A DNA stretch of 63,576 nucleotides, counting the filler, from Octopus bimaculoides (lineage: Eukaryota): the NCBI RefSeq assembly GCF_001194135.2. It is 6 parts of 6 records of this genome, joined end to end, with 100 filler letters (N's around TTAATTAATTAA, not from the genome) between each part and the next. Parts side by side here need not be neighbours in the genome. Positions count along the whole stretch, not along the records: positions 1 to 21,357 come from NC_068993.1; 5 more parts are not named here. One strand, 5' to 3'. Position 1 is the stretch's first letter; each line of letters starts with the position of its first letter. The notes beneath the pieces are model-generated. The model ran no database searches, was not told the origin of the DNA, and worked only from the letters and a program-made list of their open reading frames with translations. Positions 1 to 12,629 of the stretch are shown here, in pieces. The position numbers and the translations under genes are program-made.

Positions 1-250
1 GATGGCAATAATGGTGGTGGCGGTGGCGGTACTGGTGGTTGTGGTAGCAGTGGTGAGGGTTGTGGTTGTGGCGGTGGTAGTAGTACTAGGGGTGGTAATG
101 GCAGTGGCGGCGGCGGCGGTGGTGGTGGTTTTAGTGGTGGTGGTGGTGGTGGTGCTGGAGGCGGAAATGGTGTTGATGTTGGTATTGGTGGTAGGGTGGT
201 CATGATGCTAGTAATGGTAGTAGTTTGCCGTGGTGGTGTAGTTATTGTTA
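1..250. repeat. Degenerate (GGT)n trinucleotide low-complexity tract
   Basis: Runs of ggt/ggc/gta triplets; the poly-Val ORFs here are artefacts. Confidence 0.9.
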
Positions 251-437
251 TTCTGATTTCTGTGGGTGTCGGGCCGGGAGGGAGGTGTTGTTGCGATGTT
301 TCATTTCGGGTCCCGTCGATGTGGCTTTTGGATGCATATTTATTTGTTTGTTTCCCCAATCTTCTTAGATTATTGCATCGATGTTAGTGTTTACATACGT
401 ACATGTATACACGTACGCACATGCTCATCTACACACA

Positions 438-484
<47 letters not shown>

Positions 485-907
485 NNNNNNNNNNNNNNNN
501 NNNNNNNNNNNNNNNNNNNNNNNNNNNNNNNNNNNNNNNNNNNNNNNNNNNNNNNNNNNNNNNNNNNNNNNNNNNNNNNNNNNNNNNNNNNNNNNNNNNN
601 NNNNNNNNNNNNNNNNNNNNNNNNNNNNNNNNNNNNNNNNNNNNNNNNNNNNNNNNNNNNNNNNNNNNNNNNNNNNNNNNNNNNNNNNNNNNNNNNNNNN
701 NNNNNNNNNNNNNNNNNNNNNNNNNNNNNNNNNNNNNNNNNNNNNNNNNNNNNNNNNNNNNNNNNNNNNNNNNNNNNNNNNNNNNNNNNNNNNNNNNNNN
801 NNNNNNNNNNNNNNNNNNNNNNNNNNNNNNNNNNNNNNNNNNNNNNNNNNNNNNNNNNNNNNNNNNNNNNNNNNNNNNNNNNNNNNNNNNNNNNNNNNNN
901 NNNNNNN

Positions 908-939
<32 letters not shown>

Positions 940-1176
940 TCCTACTTGGCCAAACATACCAATAATAATAACTTCCCCCCGTCAATACATCAGAGGTAAC
1001 AGAAGCCGCAGCCAACTGCTATGTCCCACCTCTTCACTATATTAGATTCCAGGAACTATCAAAGACGGGGTTACCTCGTTAGAATTTATGAATCTGGACC
1101 ATTCCCAACGTTTTCTGATTCAAGTAGAGTCGTAAATATATCCTTATGTATAAACACACAAACACGCACGTACGAA

Positions 1177-1220
<44 letters not shown>

Positions 1221-1464
1221 TACTCGAACACGTAAAAACATACATGCATCCGTACATATATATATATATGTGTATGTGTGTGCGCATATTTATGTGTCTG
1301 TGTATACATATATATATATATATACACACACACACAGACGCATATATATATATATATTTACATTTACAGTTATACATACTCGTATTTCATCAACTTTCTG
1401 ATTAGTTAACGTTATTAGCTTATTAAAGAGATAGTGGCTTTTCACACACACTGTACACACGCAC

Positions 1465-1495
<31 letters not shown>

Positions 1496-1559
1496 TAACT
1501 TAAATTAGATAACTTAGATGTTTCAGCCATCATGGCCCATGTCTAACTTATATAGTTAA

Positions 1560-1975
1560 TTATGTATGTATGCCTGTATGTATGTATGCACGGATGTGTG
1601 TATGCTTGTATATCTGTATGTATGTATATATGTATGTATGTATGCGTGTATATATGTACGGATGTGTGTATGTATGTATGGATGGATGGATGGATGGATG
1701 TTTGTATCTATGTACGTATATGTATGTATGTATGCACGGATTTGTGTATGTATGTATGCATATATGTATGTATATATGTATGTATGTAGCATGTATATAT
1801 GTATGTATGCACGGATGTGTGTATGTATGTATATGTATGTATGTATGTATATGTATGTATGTATTTATATATGTATGTATGCATGTATGTATATATGTAC
1901 GGATGTATGTATGTATATATGTATGCATGGATGTATGTATGTATGTATTTATCTATGTACGTATATGTATGTCTG
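1560..1975. repeat. (ATGT)n tetranucleotide satellite with recurring GCACGGATGTGTG motif
   Basis: ATGT units, with the gtatgcacggat variant recurring near 1585, 1733, 1807 and 1897. The same repeat class occurs on the other strand at 17310-17750 and 19400-19575. Confidence 0.9.
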
Positions 1976-1983
1976 TATACAAT

Positions 1984-2137
1984 ACCAGCCATTCGACTGC
2001 AATATATATATTTCGACCCTGAAAGAATGAAAGGCAAATTCGACCTCGATGGAATTTGAACTCAGAACATAAAGATAGACGAAATACCGGTAAGCACTTC
2101 GCCTGGCGTGCTAACGATTCTGCCAGCTCGCCGCCTT
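1984..2137 (-). mobile_element. tRNA-related SINE, family A (Meta-domain-like)
   Basis: Reverse complement of the family consensus ggcggcgagctggcagaa..gttagcacgcc..ttctgagttcaaattcc..gaggtcga..gcctttcatcctttcggggtcga seen many times in the window. Confidence 0.85.
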
Positions 2138-2244
2138 GTTGTTGTTGTTGTTGTACGATTTGGTATTTGTTATTGAAAACACGTCAAACAACAAACTACG
2201 CAGGTACGTCGACGTAATTCAGTGAAGTAATGATCATACTTCAG

Positions 2245-2950
2245 ATTGGCTGAATAACCCGGCATTGCCCGACTTACTGCTGTTCTTATCGAGATTAGTA
2301 AACAATAAATATGAAGATAATATTTTGTTTTTTTTCCTCATAATTATTTCAAAATATCTATATTTTATAAACAAAATATCCAAATTGTAATGATAATAGA
2401 ATTTAAAAGTGAAACTCTGTCAATCTTGAACCACCTGAGGGCAAACAATATTCATTGTATAATTTTTTGTTGGTGTCCAATTCGTGATTAACCAACATAG
2501 TGTTGGCCGTGGGAGAAGCATGTAGTAGAGAGATGATATCGATCTACCTTGAGGGATTGACCCTGAGATTTGTTAATTGAAATACCAAAACTTAGTTTGA
2601 CTGGAAACTGAAGCGTCATAAATAGAAATGGAACATCTGTAGGTATGAGACGAAATTTTGGAAATAAAAACATTTTCTTCTTTATGACTACCTGTTCTGA
2701 TTGTTACCTGTAGGATATGAGGCTTCATGGAATTAACAATTAAACGAGTTCCATAACACAGGTGAGGTGAGTCAAGATTACTAAGCAACATAATGGGAAC
2801 ACCCAGCTTTTATGTCAAGTTATGCGTTGGCATCCCAATGGATTTAAGCGTGTTCAGAAATTCAACTTGGTATTGAACATCCTGATCTTGATCGACTGTT
2901 GTGTGAACTGGTGGAAGAGTCATTTCTGATGTATATGTTAACTTTTGAAG
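2245..2950 (-). mobile_element. Helitron relic: PIF1-type helicase C-terminus plus 3' hairpin
   Basis: Minus strand reads QYQVEFLNTLKSIGMPTHNLT*KLGVPIMLLSNLDSPHLCYGTRLIV and LQFPVKLSFGISINKSQGQSLKV..TCFSHGQHYVG, matching Helitron helicase motifs; it has a stop and frameshifts. A 3' hairpin-like GTCGGGCAATGCCGGGTT at 2256-2273 is followed by a degenerate CAGCCAAT (expected CTAG-type end). Confidence 0.85.
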
Positions 2951-3120
2951 TTCACGACTGAGTTTATTAGCCATTTCATTAGTTTGAAGCCAGTATAACT
3001 GTTTAACACAGCCAGTTTACATCACACATACACTAACACATATACATTCTCACATACACTGACACACACACACACATAGACTCTCACATACACTCACATA
3101 CATATAGTAAGACAGACACA

Positions 3121-3900
3121 TATTTACGTAATGAACGCTCAAACACACACCACACACACACTCACTGACACATACACACTCATACACAAAATGTGTCGTA
3201 GTGGTAGTGGTGATGGTGATGGTGGTGATGATGGAATAAAATGTCCTTTACTATTTCGGACGTATCGAACGCGCAAACACACACACTCAGACACATGCAC
3301 ATTCATATCCAAAATGTGTCGTAATAGTCGTCATCGTCGTTGTATAAAATGTCCTTTACTATGTCGTACATAACGAACGCGCAATCACACACACACACAC
3401 AGACACACACACACACTCACAGACACATACGCACTCATATAGAAAATGTGTCATCGCCGTCGTCGTCGTTGTCGTGGTATAAAATGTCCTTTACTATGTC
3501 GTACGTAACGAACGCACAAACACATACACACATACTGACAGACACGTACACACTGATATACAAAATGTGACATCGTCGTCGTCGTGGTATAAGATGTCTT
3601 TTACTATAGTTGACTATAGAAAGATTATTTTCGAGAAAATGTTGTATTGTTTTAATCGAAATTAAAAATAAAATTACATGTTAACCCTAACCTAACCCTA
3701 TTACCTTGTTAAATTTGATTTGATTTGGTGGAGCCGTTTGAGATTGCATAGGAAACAGACAGATAGACAGATAGACAGACAGATAGACAGATAGACAGAC
3801 AGATAAACAGACTGACAAAAAATTTTATATAGAGAGAAACTAAGGTTGACTCCAACAAATGTATACTTGTTTCATGTTGTTTGGAAAACATTAAATCTAG
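3121..3900. repeat. ~120-bp minisatellite with embedded (CA)n, followed by a (GACA)n-containing non-autonomous Helentron/DINE-like element
   Basis: About four units of tacgtaacgaacgcgca-(CA)n-caaaatgtgtcgt..tataaaatgtcctttactat (3121-3620), then aaatttg..gccgtttgag..(gaca)n..tttatatagag. The class assignment is from recall. Confidence 0.5.
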
Positions 3901-4010
3901 TTTTCCTGGATAGAATGCTTTGAAATGAAGTAAAACAACCTACCAAAATATATCTCTCTACACAATCACACACAAATACACACAGACACACACACACACA
4001 CACACACATG

Positions 4011-4167
4011 CCAGTCGTGTAACTAAGAATGGGAACGAAGGGCGGTCCGCCCAGGACGACGCTTTTATGTGGGAGTCACTTTTGTGTTTGCTGATAGGTT
4101 TCTATGGGGACTTGCGAGTGGGGCAAGACCAAGATTGGCCGGGCGCCACACACATTGTACATGCCAT
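4011..4167. mobile_element. Possible degenerate MITE (CAGTGGCGTAGC-type termini)
   Basis: Begins ccagtcgtgtaactaag..gggcggtccgcccagg and ends ccgggcgccacacacattgtacatgccatt; only loosely inverted. Confidence 0.3.
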
Positions 4168-4479
4168 TAACACACACATGCATAGACACGTAAATACATA
4201 TATACATACAAAGGTAGATACACTCACAAACGCATACATACATATATTCATATATATACACACACACCACAATACATATATATATATACATGCATAGATA
4301 CATGCACACACACAAATGTACATATACACGCACACACAAATACACAGATACATACATTCATAAAAATGTGTATATTCAGGCATATATACACACACACAAA
4401 TGCGTACATACATAGACACAGAAGTGCATATACATGTGTGCAGAAGTGGTGAGTGGTTCTTCGCCGGTTTCGACGTTGA

Positions 4480-4815
4480 TAATTCACCCGTTCGATGTAC
4501 TGACTCAGTTGAATTACCTAATGCTGGAATTAGCGTCTAAGTGGCTGAGTATTCCATGGACATGTGTACACCTAATGTAACCGTCGAGTAGAATCAGCGT
4601 GAAGGAATGTGTGTTTGTCTCAAGGCTGGACTTTTTGAATTACAGCGCAATCCACCTGACGGGCTTCATTACATTTTCCATCCACTTAATTTCACTCTCA
4701 TGGTATGCTTTGAACCGAGGCTTTAGAAAATGACATACATCTGACAAGCTAGCCATTGCGATTGAACCCGTGACCTAATGGTTACGAGGCCAGCTTTGTA
4801 CCCTTTCCGCCATGG
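4480..4815 (-). mobile_element. tRNA-derived SINE, family D, degenerate
   Basis: Body 4520-4610 matches 25600-25680; tRNA-like head on the minus strand near 4750-4815. Confidence 0.6.
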
Positions 4816-5362
4816 TTATAATATGTGATTTGAGCTTGATGAATACATTTGAGATATTTCTCAACACACGAAACTATTAGTAGCACTGACAGACATGTGC
4901 TTTTACATAATTAATGTGTGTGCGTGTGTGTGTGTGTGTGTGTTGTGTGTGTGCATGTGTGTGTGTGTGTGTGTGTGTGTACTGTAATCCCTCGCCATAT
5001 CACAGTTCACCTATCGGGGTTTATCATTTAAGCTTACATCGATTACTCCGTGGTGTTGTTTTGCATTTATAATAAAATAAGATATATACAAATTATAAAA
5101 ATAATAATAAAAGAAATATACAGTACAGTACTGTTTCTAATCGCGGATTTTCACCTATCGTGGGGTGGTGGTGGAACATAACCACTGATGAGGTCACAGA
5201 AGTGTGACGAAAGAACTCTGGCCGAAATAGGATTAATGTAATGTAGTGTAATATAAAGCTGAAGCAAATTAACACCAAATATACAGTGTGTGTGTTTTTA
5301 TTGGCTAAACTGGCAATATGACCATCCCCAAATACAACAACAACATATATATATATATATAT

Positions 5363-5695
5363 GCTGAGACCCCTTTGGTCATGACTGACCATGGAATGGC
5401 ACCTAGAAAGATACCTCCTGAGGCACAAGTCCAGGCAAGGTTGTTTATGGAAGACCAGCAGTTGCCCATGCATACCGGCCTCCCCTCTCCACGCCACCAG
5501 TGTTATCCAAGGGAAAGGCAAAGGCTGATACAGCTTGACACCTGTAACATCACAACTCATTTCTACAGCTGAGTGAACTGGAGCAACGTGAAATAAAGTG
5601 TCTTGCTCAAGAACACAACATACAGCCCGGTCCGGGATTCGAGATCACAACCGTCGTAAGCTCGACACTCTAACTACTGAGCCATGCGATTTCAC
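5363..5695 (-). mobile_element. tRNA-derived SINE, family C
   Basis: Minus-strand head TGGCTCAGTAGTTAG (A box) .. CTCGAATCCC (B box); body shared with 9060-9495. Confidence 0.8.
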
Positions 5696-5903
5696 ACACA
5701 CACACATACACACACACATATATATATAATTCATTCCAGTTTTTTTCTATTTAAGGTTCGATCTATTTTCGTATTTTCCTTCCCCTTTCTTCAGTTATCT
5801 TTCCTTTAACTATTTTACTTACATTCATAAAGAACAAAGAAATGCATGGAAAAAAGCGCGACAAAGAAAATATGAGCTACAATATTTTCTTCTCTTTGAA
5901 GCG

Positions 5904-6108
5904 GTCACGTGGCGGAAACGTTAGCACGCTGGGCGAAATTCGTAGTGGTATTTTGTTTGCCTTTACATTCTGAGTTCAAATTCCGCCGAGGTCGACTTTG
6001 CCTTTCATCTTTTCGGGGTCGATAAATTAAGTACCAGTTGCGTACTGGGGTCGATCTAATCGAATGGCTCCATCCCCCAAAATTTCGGGCCAAGATTAGA
6101 AAAGAATA
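5904..6108 (+). mobile_element. SINE family A
   Basis: Near-complete consensus ending aaaatttcgggcc..tagaaaagaata. Confidence 0.85.
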
Positions 6109-6943
6109 TCTTCTCTTTTGTTCGTTCGTTCCTTCCATCGTTTTATTTTCTATCTTCGTTTTTATTGCTTACTTCTTTTTCTTTCATTCTTTCTTTTTCA
6201 TTCTCTGAATTCCTTCTTACTCGACGGTTTTTACCATTCTTAGTTTTTCTCTGTACTCAGTGTTTCCGTCTTTATTCTTCCTTCCTTCTTTTAATTCTTT
6301 ATTTATTGTGTCTCTATTCTATTCTTTTAATTTTATTGCGTGCGTTTCCTTCCTATCTGTTTCATCTGTCTTCGAGTCAATCTATTTCTATTCTATTAGC
6401 TCTTCTATTTTTATCGTTCATATCCTCATATTTGTTTCAATGTAGCATTACTTGAAGATTATGGTGACGAATGAAGGAAGTCCTTGTCCAATGTAAACCA
6501 CCGGAAGTAATCTCCTATATCAAGGAGGTGAATAAACAAACAAAAGGGGGGAAAATGAAGGAACTTAGACACAGGGTTATAACTTGGTTTAATCCACCAT
6601 AAAACATGCAGATAGCCTCTTTTACTATTAGATTAACGCCTCTCGTGAGGAAGTGGGGCGTGAGTACTCTAAAAATTTTAACAGAAATACTGTTAAACAA
6701 TGTTGGTTCACCACATTCAGAATCCTCAGAATTCTCTAATTTAGCTCAAATATGTAGATAAATTAATAATATTAAACCACTTAATTACGTACATAGAGTC
6801 AGCACTTTGGTCTGGATGTAACTGTTTGAACTCCGTCAATTGTTCCATTAACTCCAAATAACTGAAAACAATGTGGTTTATCAATCTAATGTGGACATAC
6901 ATTCAGTATATAAAGCATGTATAATACTATCTGCAAATAATGC

Positions 6944-7113
6944 AGCAGCGGCTGTGTGGTAAGTAGCTTGCTTACCAACCACATGTTTCTGGGATTAGTC
7001 CCACTGCGGGGCATCTTGGGCAAGTGTCTTCTACTATAGCCTCGGGCCGACCAAAACCTTGTGAGTGGATTTGGTAGACGGAAACTGAAAGAAGCCCATC
7101 GTATATATGTATG

Positions 7114-7192
<79 letters not shown>

Positions 7193-7410
7193 TTGTGTGT
7201 CTGTCTTTGTCCCCGCAACATCGCTTGACAACCGATGCTGGTGTGTTTACGTCCCCGTAACTTAGCGGTTCGGCAAAACAGACCGATAGAATAAGTACTA
7301 GGCTTGCAAAGAATAAGTCCTAGGGTCGATTTGCTCGACTAAAGGTGGTGCTCCAGCATGGCCGCAATGAAATGACTGAAACAAGTAAAAGAGTAAAAGA
7401 GAAAGAGTAT
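6944..7410 (+). mobile_element. tRNA-headed SINE family B (CORE-like) carrying an internal (AT)n(GT)n microsatellite
   Basis: Head ggctgtgtggtaagtagcttgc..gtcccactgcg, body gggcaagtgtcttctactatagcctcgggccgacc, internal microsatellite and (aaaagagt) tail. Fragments of the family also lie at 12075-12200, 46255-46428 and 59085-59250 (all minus). Confidence 0.8.
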
Positions 7411-7869
7411 GAGTTTAAGTGCAGATATATCTAACACCTTAATAAGAAGACGGTGACATTATTAAGTCACCTCTGGAGATTAACAGTAACTAACATGGAA
7501 TATATTCTGCAGTGGAAGACCTTTACTAGAGACGTATCATAAATGATGAACACACAATGTAAAGTATGCTTAGAAGAACCAATACATATACTCTTTGCAT
7601 AAACAGAGCATTAAGAAAAAAGGCAAATTCTGGAGAAGTAAAAATTTGTTGACACGCGGTTTACAGGATTTTCCTAAATTAGAGAAGCATTCCGGGTCCC
7701 AGTAACGTAGCATTTCCAGCAAATTATTGGAGATTACGGTGTGAGTTTATTATACGGAATAGAATATACAGGACACCATTCGAAAGTATACCAATGTGCA
7801 GTAGTGTGTAAAGACGACTAACGGCATAGTTTGCACGACACCAGCAATCATAGTCGATTGTAACAACAC

Positions 7870-7900
7870 CACCACTGATACAATCACCACCACTACCACC

Positions 7901-7932
<32 letters not shown>

Positions 7933-8160
7933 CAGTATCATCATCACCATCACCATCATCGTCATTGTCGTCGTCGTCGTCGTCATCATCATCATCATCA
8001 TCGCCGTGGTCATTGTCATCTCCAGTATTTTCAACATCATTCCCACTATTATCAACACAATCAATTACTGCTTAAACCATTAATCTATTATCAAGATTAT
8101 TATATCATCATCACCATCGTCGTCGTCGTCGTCGTCATCATCATCATCATCATCAACATC

Positions 8161-8222
<62 letters not shown>

Positions 8223-8257
8223 CATTATCATCGTCATCATCATCATCATCGTTATCA

Positions 8258-8331
<74 letters not shown>

Positions 8332-8359
8332 CATTATCATCGTCATCATTATCATCATC

Positions 8360-8445
<86 letters not shown>

Positions 8446-8720
8446 TCAACTCTAATCACCAATATCGATACCCTTATGTCATATGATCATTACTTATTTA
8501 TCCTCATTACTTTTAGTTTTATTATTGTTGATATTTGCTATTGATAATGCTGTTGAGCTTAAAATATCGTTATTGGTACAGTTATTCGTAGTAACAATCT
8601 TAATACCATCATTAACCCCAAGAATACATTCACCACCATCACCACTATACCATTGCCACCACCACCACCACCACCACCACCACTACAGCCACCAACAACA
8701 ACATCATTATATCCATTATT
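7870..8720. repeat. Compound trinucleotide array (ACC/AAC/TCA/TCG/TTA)n
   Basis: Pure and mixed triplet runs, including long (TTA)n; poly-I/N/D ORFs are artefacts. Confidence 0.95.
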
Positions 8721-9059
8721 AACAGTAATGTTCGTAGAAAATTATGAATCTCTTTTATCTTTACTAATATCATTAGAATTATTATCACTATCCGATAACT
8801 AATAAACTAATATTAAAATCATTATCAGTATCTACTTAACTAGCATTACTAATATAATTAAAATCATTATCACTGTCTACTACTAACACATTCACAGCTA
8901 GTACCACCACCCCTTTTTACGATCATCATCCCTATTGACTTTACTGCGTCCATCAAAGTTATATCAGATCAGTGTCGAGTTCATTGACAATAATTTACGA
9001 TAACGGATGAACAGAAAATACAGAGTTTCGTTGATATATTTATAAAAAGGTAACAGCCT

Positions 9060-9495
9060 CTTTTGGTCATGAATGACCATAGGACTGCACGGAGAAAGTT
9101 ACCCTCAGAGGCACAAGTCCAGGCAAGGTTGTTTTATGGAAGACCAGCAAGTCGCCCATGCATACTGGCCCCCACTCTTCGGACATGAATAACCATGGGA
9201 TTGCACCTAGAAAGTTACCGTCCAAAGCACAAGCCCAACCAAGCTTGTTTTATAGGAGACCAGCAGTCACCCATACATACTGGCCCCCACTCTCCACGCC
9301 CCAAAGGAAAGGCAATGACCGATATAGCTTGGCACCAATGATGTCACAACTCATTTCTACAGCTGAGTTAACTCGAACAGCATGAAATAAAGTGTCTTGC
9401 TCAAGAACATAATACACAACCCGGTTGAGGAATTGAACTCACTACTACATGACTGTGAGCTCAACGCCCTAACCACTGAGCCATGCACCTTAACG
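9060..9495 (-). mobile_element. SINE family C with partial tandem duplication of the 3' body
   Basis: The block atgaataaccatgggattgcacctagaaagttacc..cagcagtcgcccatgcatactggccccc occurs twice (about 9065-9180 and 9185-9300). Confidence 0.75.
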
Positions 9496-9609
9496 CAGGT
9501 AAATCTAGCAACTTTGCTTCGTACCCTAGCACTCATAACTCTAAATAATACGTATTTAAATTTTTTTTTTAATCTCGATAGATTCCTCGCTTTAATATGG
9601 ATTTCAAAT

Positions 9610-10255
9610 TTTGGTACAAAGCCAGCAACTTCGGGAAATGGGCCGGTTGATTACAGTAACCCCAGTAATGAAATGGTACTTATTTCATGGACCCCGATAC
9701 GTTGTAAGGTAAAGTTGAACTCAGAATGCTGCTAAGTATCTTTGCCCGCACGCTAACGATTCTGCCGTCTCGTTGCCTTTAAACTTCGCTATAGTATTAA
9801 CGTATTTGATTATAAGACGGTGAGCTATCAGAATCGTTAGCGCGCCGGGCAAAATGCTTTGCGGAATTTCGTCCGTCTTTACGTTCTGAATTCAAATTCT
9901 GCTGAGGTCGACTTCGCCTTTCATCCTTTCGAGGTCGATTAAATAAGTACCAGTTGAGTACTGGGGTCGATGTAATCTACTAACCCCCTTCCCCGAAATT
10001 ACTGGCCTTGTGCCAAAATTTGAAATAATTACTACCGTATTTGATGATAAAGCGGTGAGGTGGCAGGATCGTTAAACCGCTGGGGAAAATGCTTAGCCTG
10101 TCTTCACGTTCTGAGTTCAAATTCCGTCCAGATTGACTTTGCTTTTCATCTTTTCGGGGTCGTTGAAATTAGGACCAGTTGAACAGTGGGGGTCGATGTA
10201 TTGGACTTACCTTTTCATCGAACTTGCTGGCTTTGTGCCAAATTTAGAACCAAAA
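9610..10255. mobile_element. Cluster of three family A SINEs (9610-9780 minus, 9815-10030 plus, 10049-10255 plus)
   Basis: Each carries the gttagc..cggg..aaatgctt head and tttcatc.tttcg.ggtcga core. Confidence 0.8.
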
Positions 10256-12629
10256 TTACCGCATCTGATGACATAAAAGACGCACAAGCATATTGGACGC
10301 ACTTCAGTTTTAGCAGAACATATTCAGGAAAGAGCTTTTAAAAAGGCATTAAAGATTGTGGTAGCCTCGACTCCTGATATCAGATTCTGGGTGATTTCTA
10401 TCAGATATCTTTGGACAAAAAGAAATGTGTCTTTTAAGCCATCAAATATACTGTACAGTAAAAATTACTACTATTCATAGTACTAGGGTTACCAATAAAT
10501 AGTAGCAAGATTTCATGATATAATTTTAATGAAATATTATTTTGTAAAAAAAAAACAATTGTAATTATAAAACAAGAGGAAATGAGATTCGTAGAAGCCA
10601 AAAAGAAAGCAACAGAGAAGAAAATGGGCTAGAAAGGGAATTTGATAGCGACAGTTTGGCCAGTTATCCAGAAGAATTTCATTTTACGATATAGACCATA
10701 CACATATATACTTTTACTAACACACACACACACACGCACACACACACACACACACACAAATAAGACACACAACTTTCGAACGTTTTCAAGTACTTTTGCC
10801 TGTAACATTCCATCATGATTTCTCTACAGAGAATTTCTGCAAGTGTTAAAGGGGGGGCGGGCGGATACTTGGGGTGCAGTTTAGAATGGACAAACCACTC
10901 AAAAACTGCATAAACATGTGCGGAAATTTCACAAAGCCCTGCCTGGAGACGTTCCTTCAACATGGATAAGCAAAATTCTTTGCACTCGTAGCAACTTTCG
11001 AAATACTAGGAAATATTTCCATTGAAGTGTTCCTAAGTTGGAATTGGTNNNNNNNNNNNNNNNNNNNNNNNNNNNNNNNNNNNNNNNNNNNNNNNNNNNN
11101 NNNNNNNNNNNNNNNNNNNNNNNNNNNNNNNNNNNNNNNNNNNNNNNNNNNNNNNNNNNNNNNNNNNNNNNNNNNNNNNNNNNNNNNNNNNNNNNNNNNN
11201 NNNNNNNNNNNNNNNNNNNNNNNNNNNNNNNNNNNNNNNNNNNNNNNNNNNNNNNNNNNNNNNNNNNNNNNNNNNNNNNNNNNNNNNNNNNNNNNNNNNN
11301 NNNNNNNNNNNNNNNNNNNNNNNNNNNNNNNNNNNNNNNNNNNNNNNNNNNNNNNNNNNNNNNNNNNNNNNNNNNNNNNNNNNNNNNNNNNNNNNNNNNN
11401 NNNNNNNNNNNNNNNNNNNNNNNNNNNNNNNNNNNNNNNNNNNNNNNNNNNNNNNNNNNNNNNNNNNNNNNNNNNNNNNNNNNNNNNNNNNNNNNNNNNN
11501 NNNNNNNNNNNNNNNNNNNNNNNNNNNNNNNNNNNNNNNNNNNNNNNNNNNNNNNNNNNNNNNNNNNNNNNNNNNNNNNNNNNNNNNNNNNNNNNNNNNN
11601 NNNNNNNNNNNNNNNNNNNNNNNNNNNNNNNNNNNNNNNNNNNNNNNNNNNNNNNNNNNNNNNNNNNNNNNNNNNNNNNNNNNNNNNNNNNNNNNNNNNN
11701 NNNNNNNNNNNNNNNNNNNNNNNNNNNNNNNNNNNNNNNNNNNNNNNNNNNNNNNNNNNNNNNNNNNNNNNNNNNNNNNNNNNNNNNNNNNNNNNNNNNN
11801 NNNNNNNNNNNNNNNNNNNNNNNNNNNNNNNNNNNNNNNNNNNNNATATATATATATATATATACATATATACACATATTTACATATATACACACACACA
11901 TACATATGTATGTATGGCTGTGTGATGGAGTTGCTGGTGGAATTCCGTTGTTCGACTATGACGATATGTGTAAATATTTGAGTACTTTACTGACACAATT
12001 CTCATACGACATCAGCATGACACATGAGAAAAGACTGTACATTTCTGATTTACCGTTATGAGATACAATCGACCTGGCAGGCTTCCACTTACGCAGTTTC
12101 CATCTACGTATATTCAGTCTTGACGAATGGGTCAACTCGTGGTTATAGAAACTTATATTTGCCTACGATCTCACATTGTGGGTTCAATCCCGGGACCGGT
12201 GGTTTCGATACGAACGTCTCAAACATAGTACGCTCACATACATACATACATACATACATGCACGTCCAGATTACAAGTTCAGGTTTATGTCTGCAATTAT
12301 TGGGGCTTTCGGATACGTAACACACAGCCTAAATACCAATCTTGAGGAAATAAGCTTCTCAAAACCAGAACGGAGAAAGGTGATTCGAAAACTACAGATT
12401 CATGCCATCAGTGGAACTTCAAAAATTTGTAAAACTTTTGAGTAGTTATCATTTAAGCATGTCTAGATATGAAAGTATATGCATGAAAATGTATGTATAA
12501 AACAACACATATAAATCTGCACGTATACAAACATACATTCACACACACACACATACATACATACATACACAGAGGTGTGTTCGTGTGTTTGTGCGTATGT
12601 GTGTATGTTTGTGTGAGTGAAAAACGTTT

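Noticed and set aside
2858-2935. Apparent plus-strand exon EIQLGIEHPDLDRLLCELVEESFLM
   Set aside because: It is the antisense of the Helitron helicase relic.
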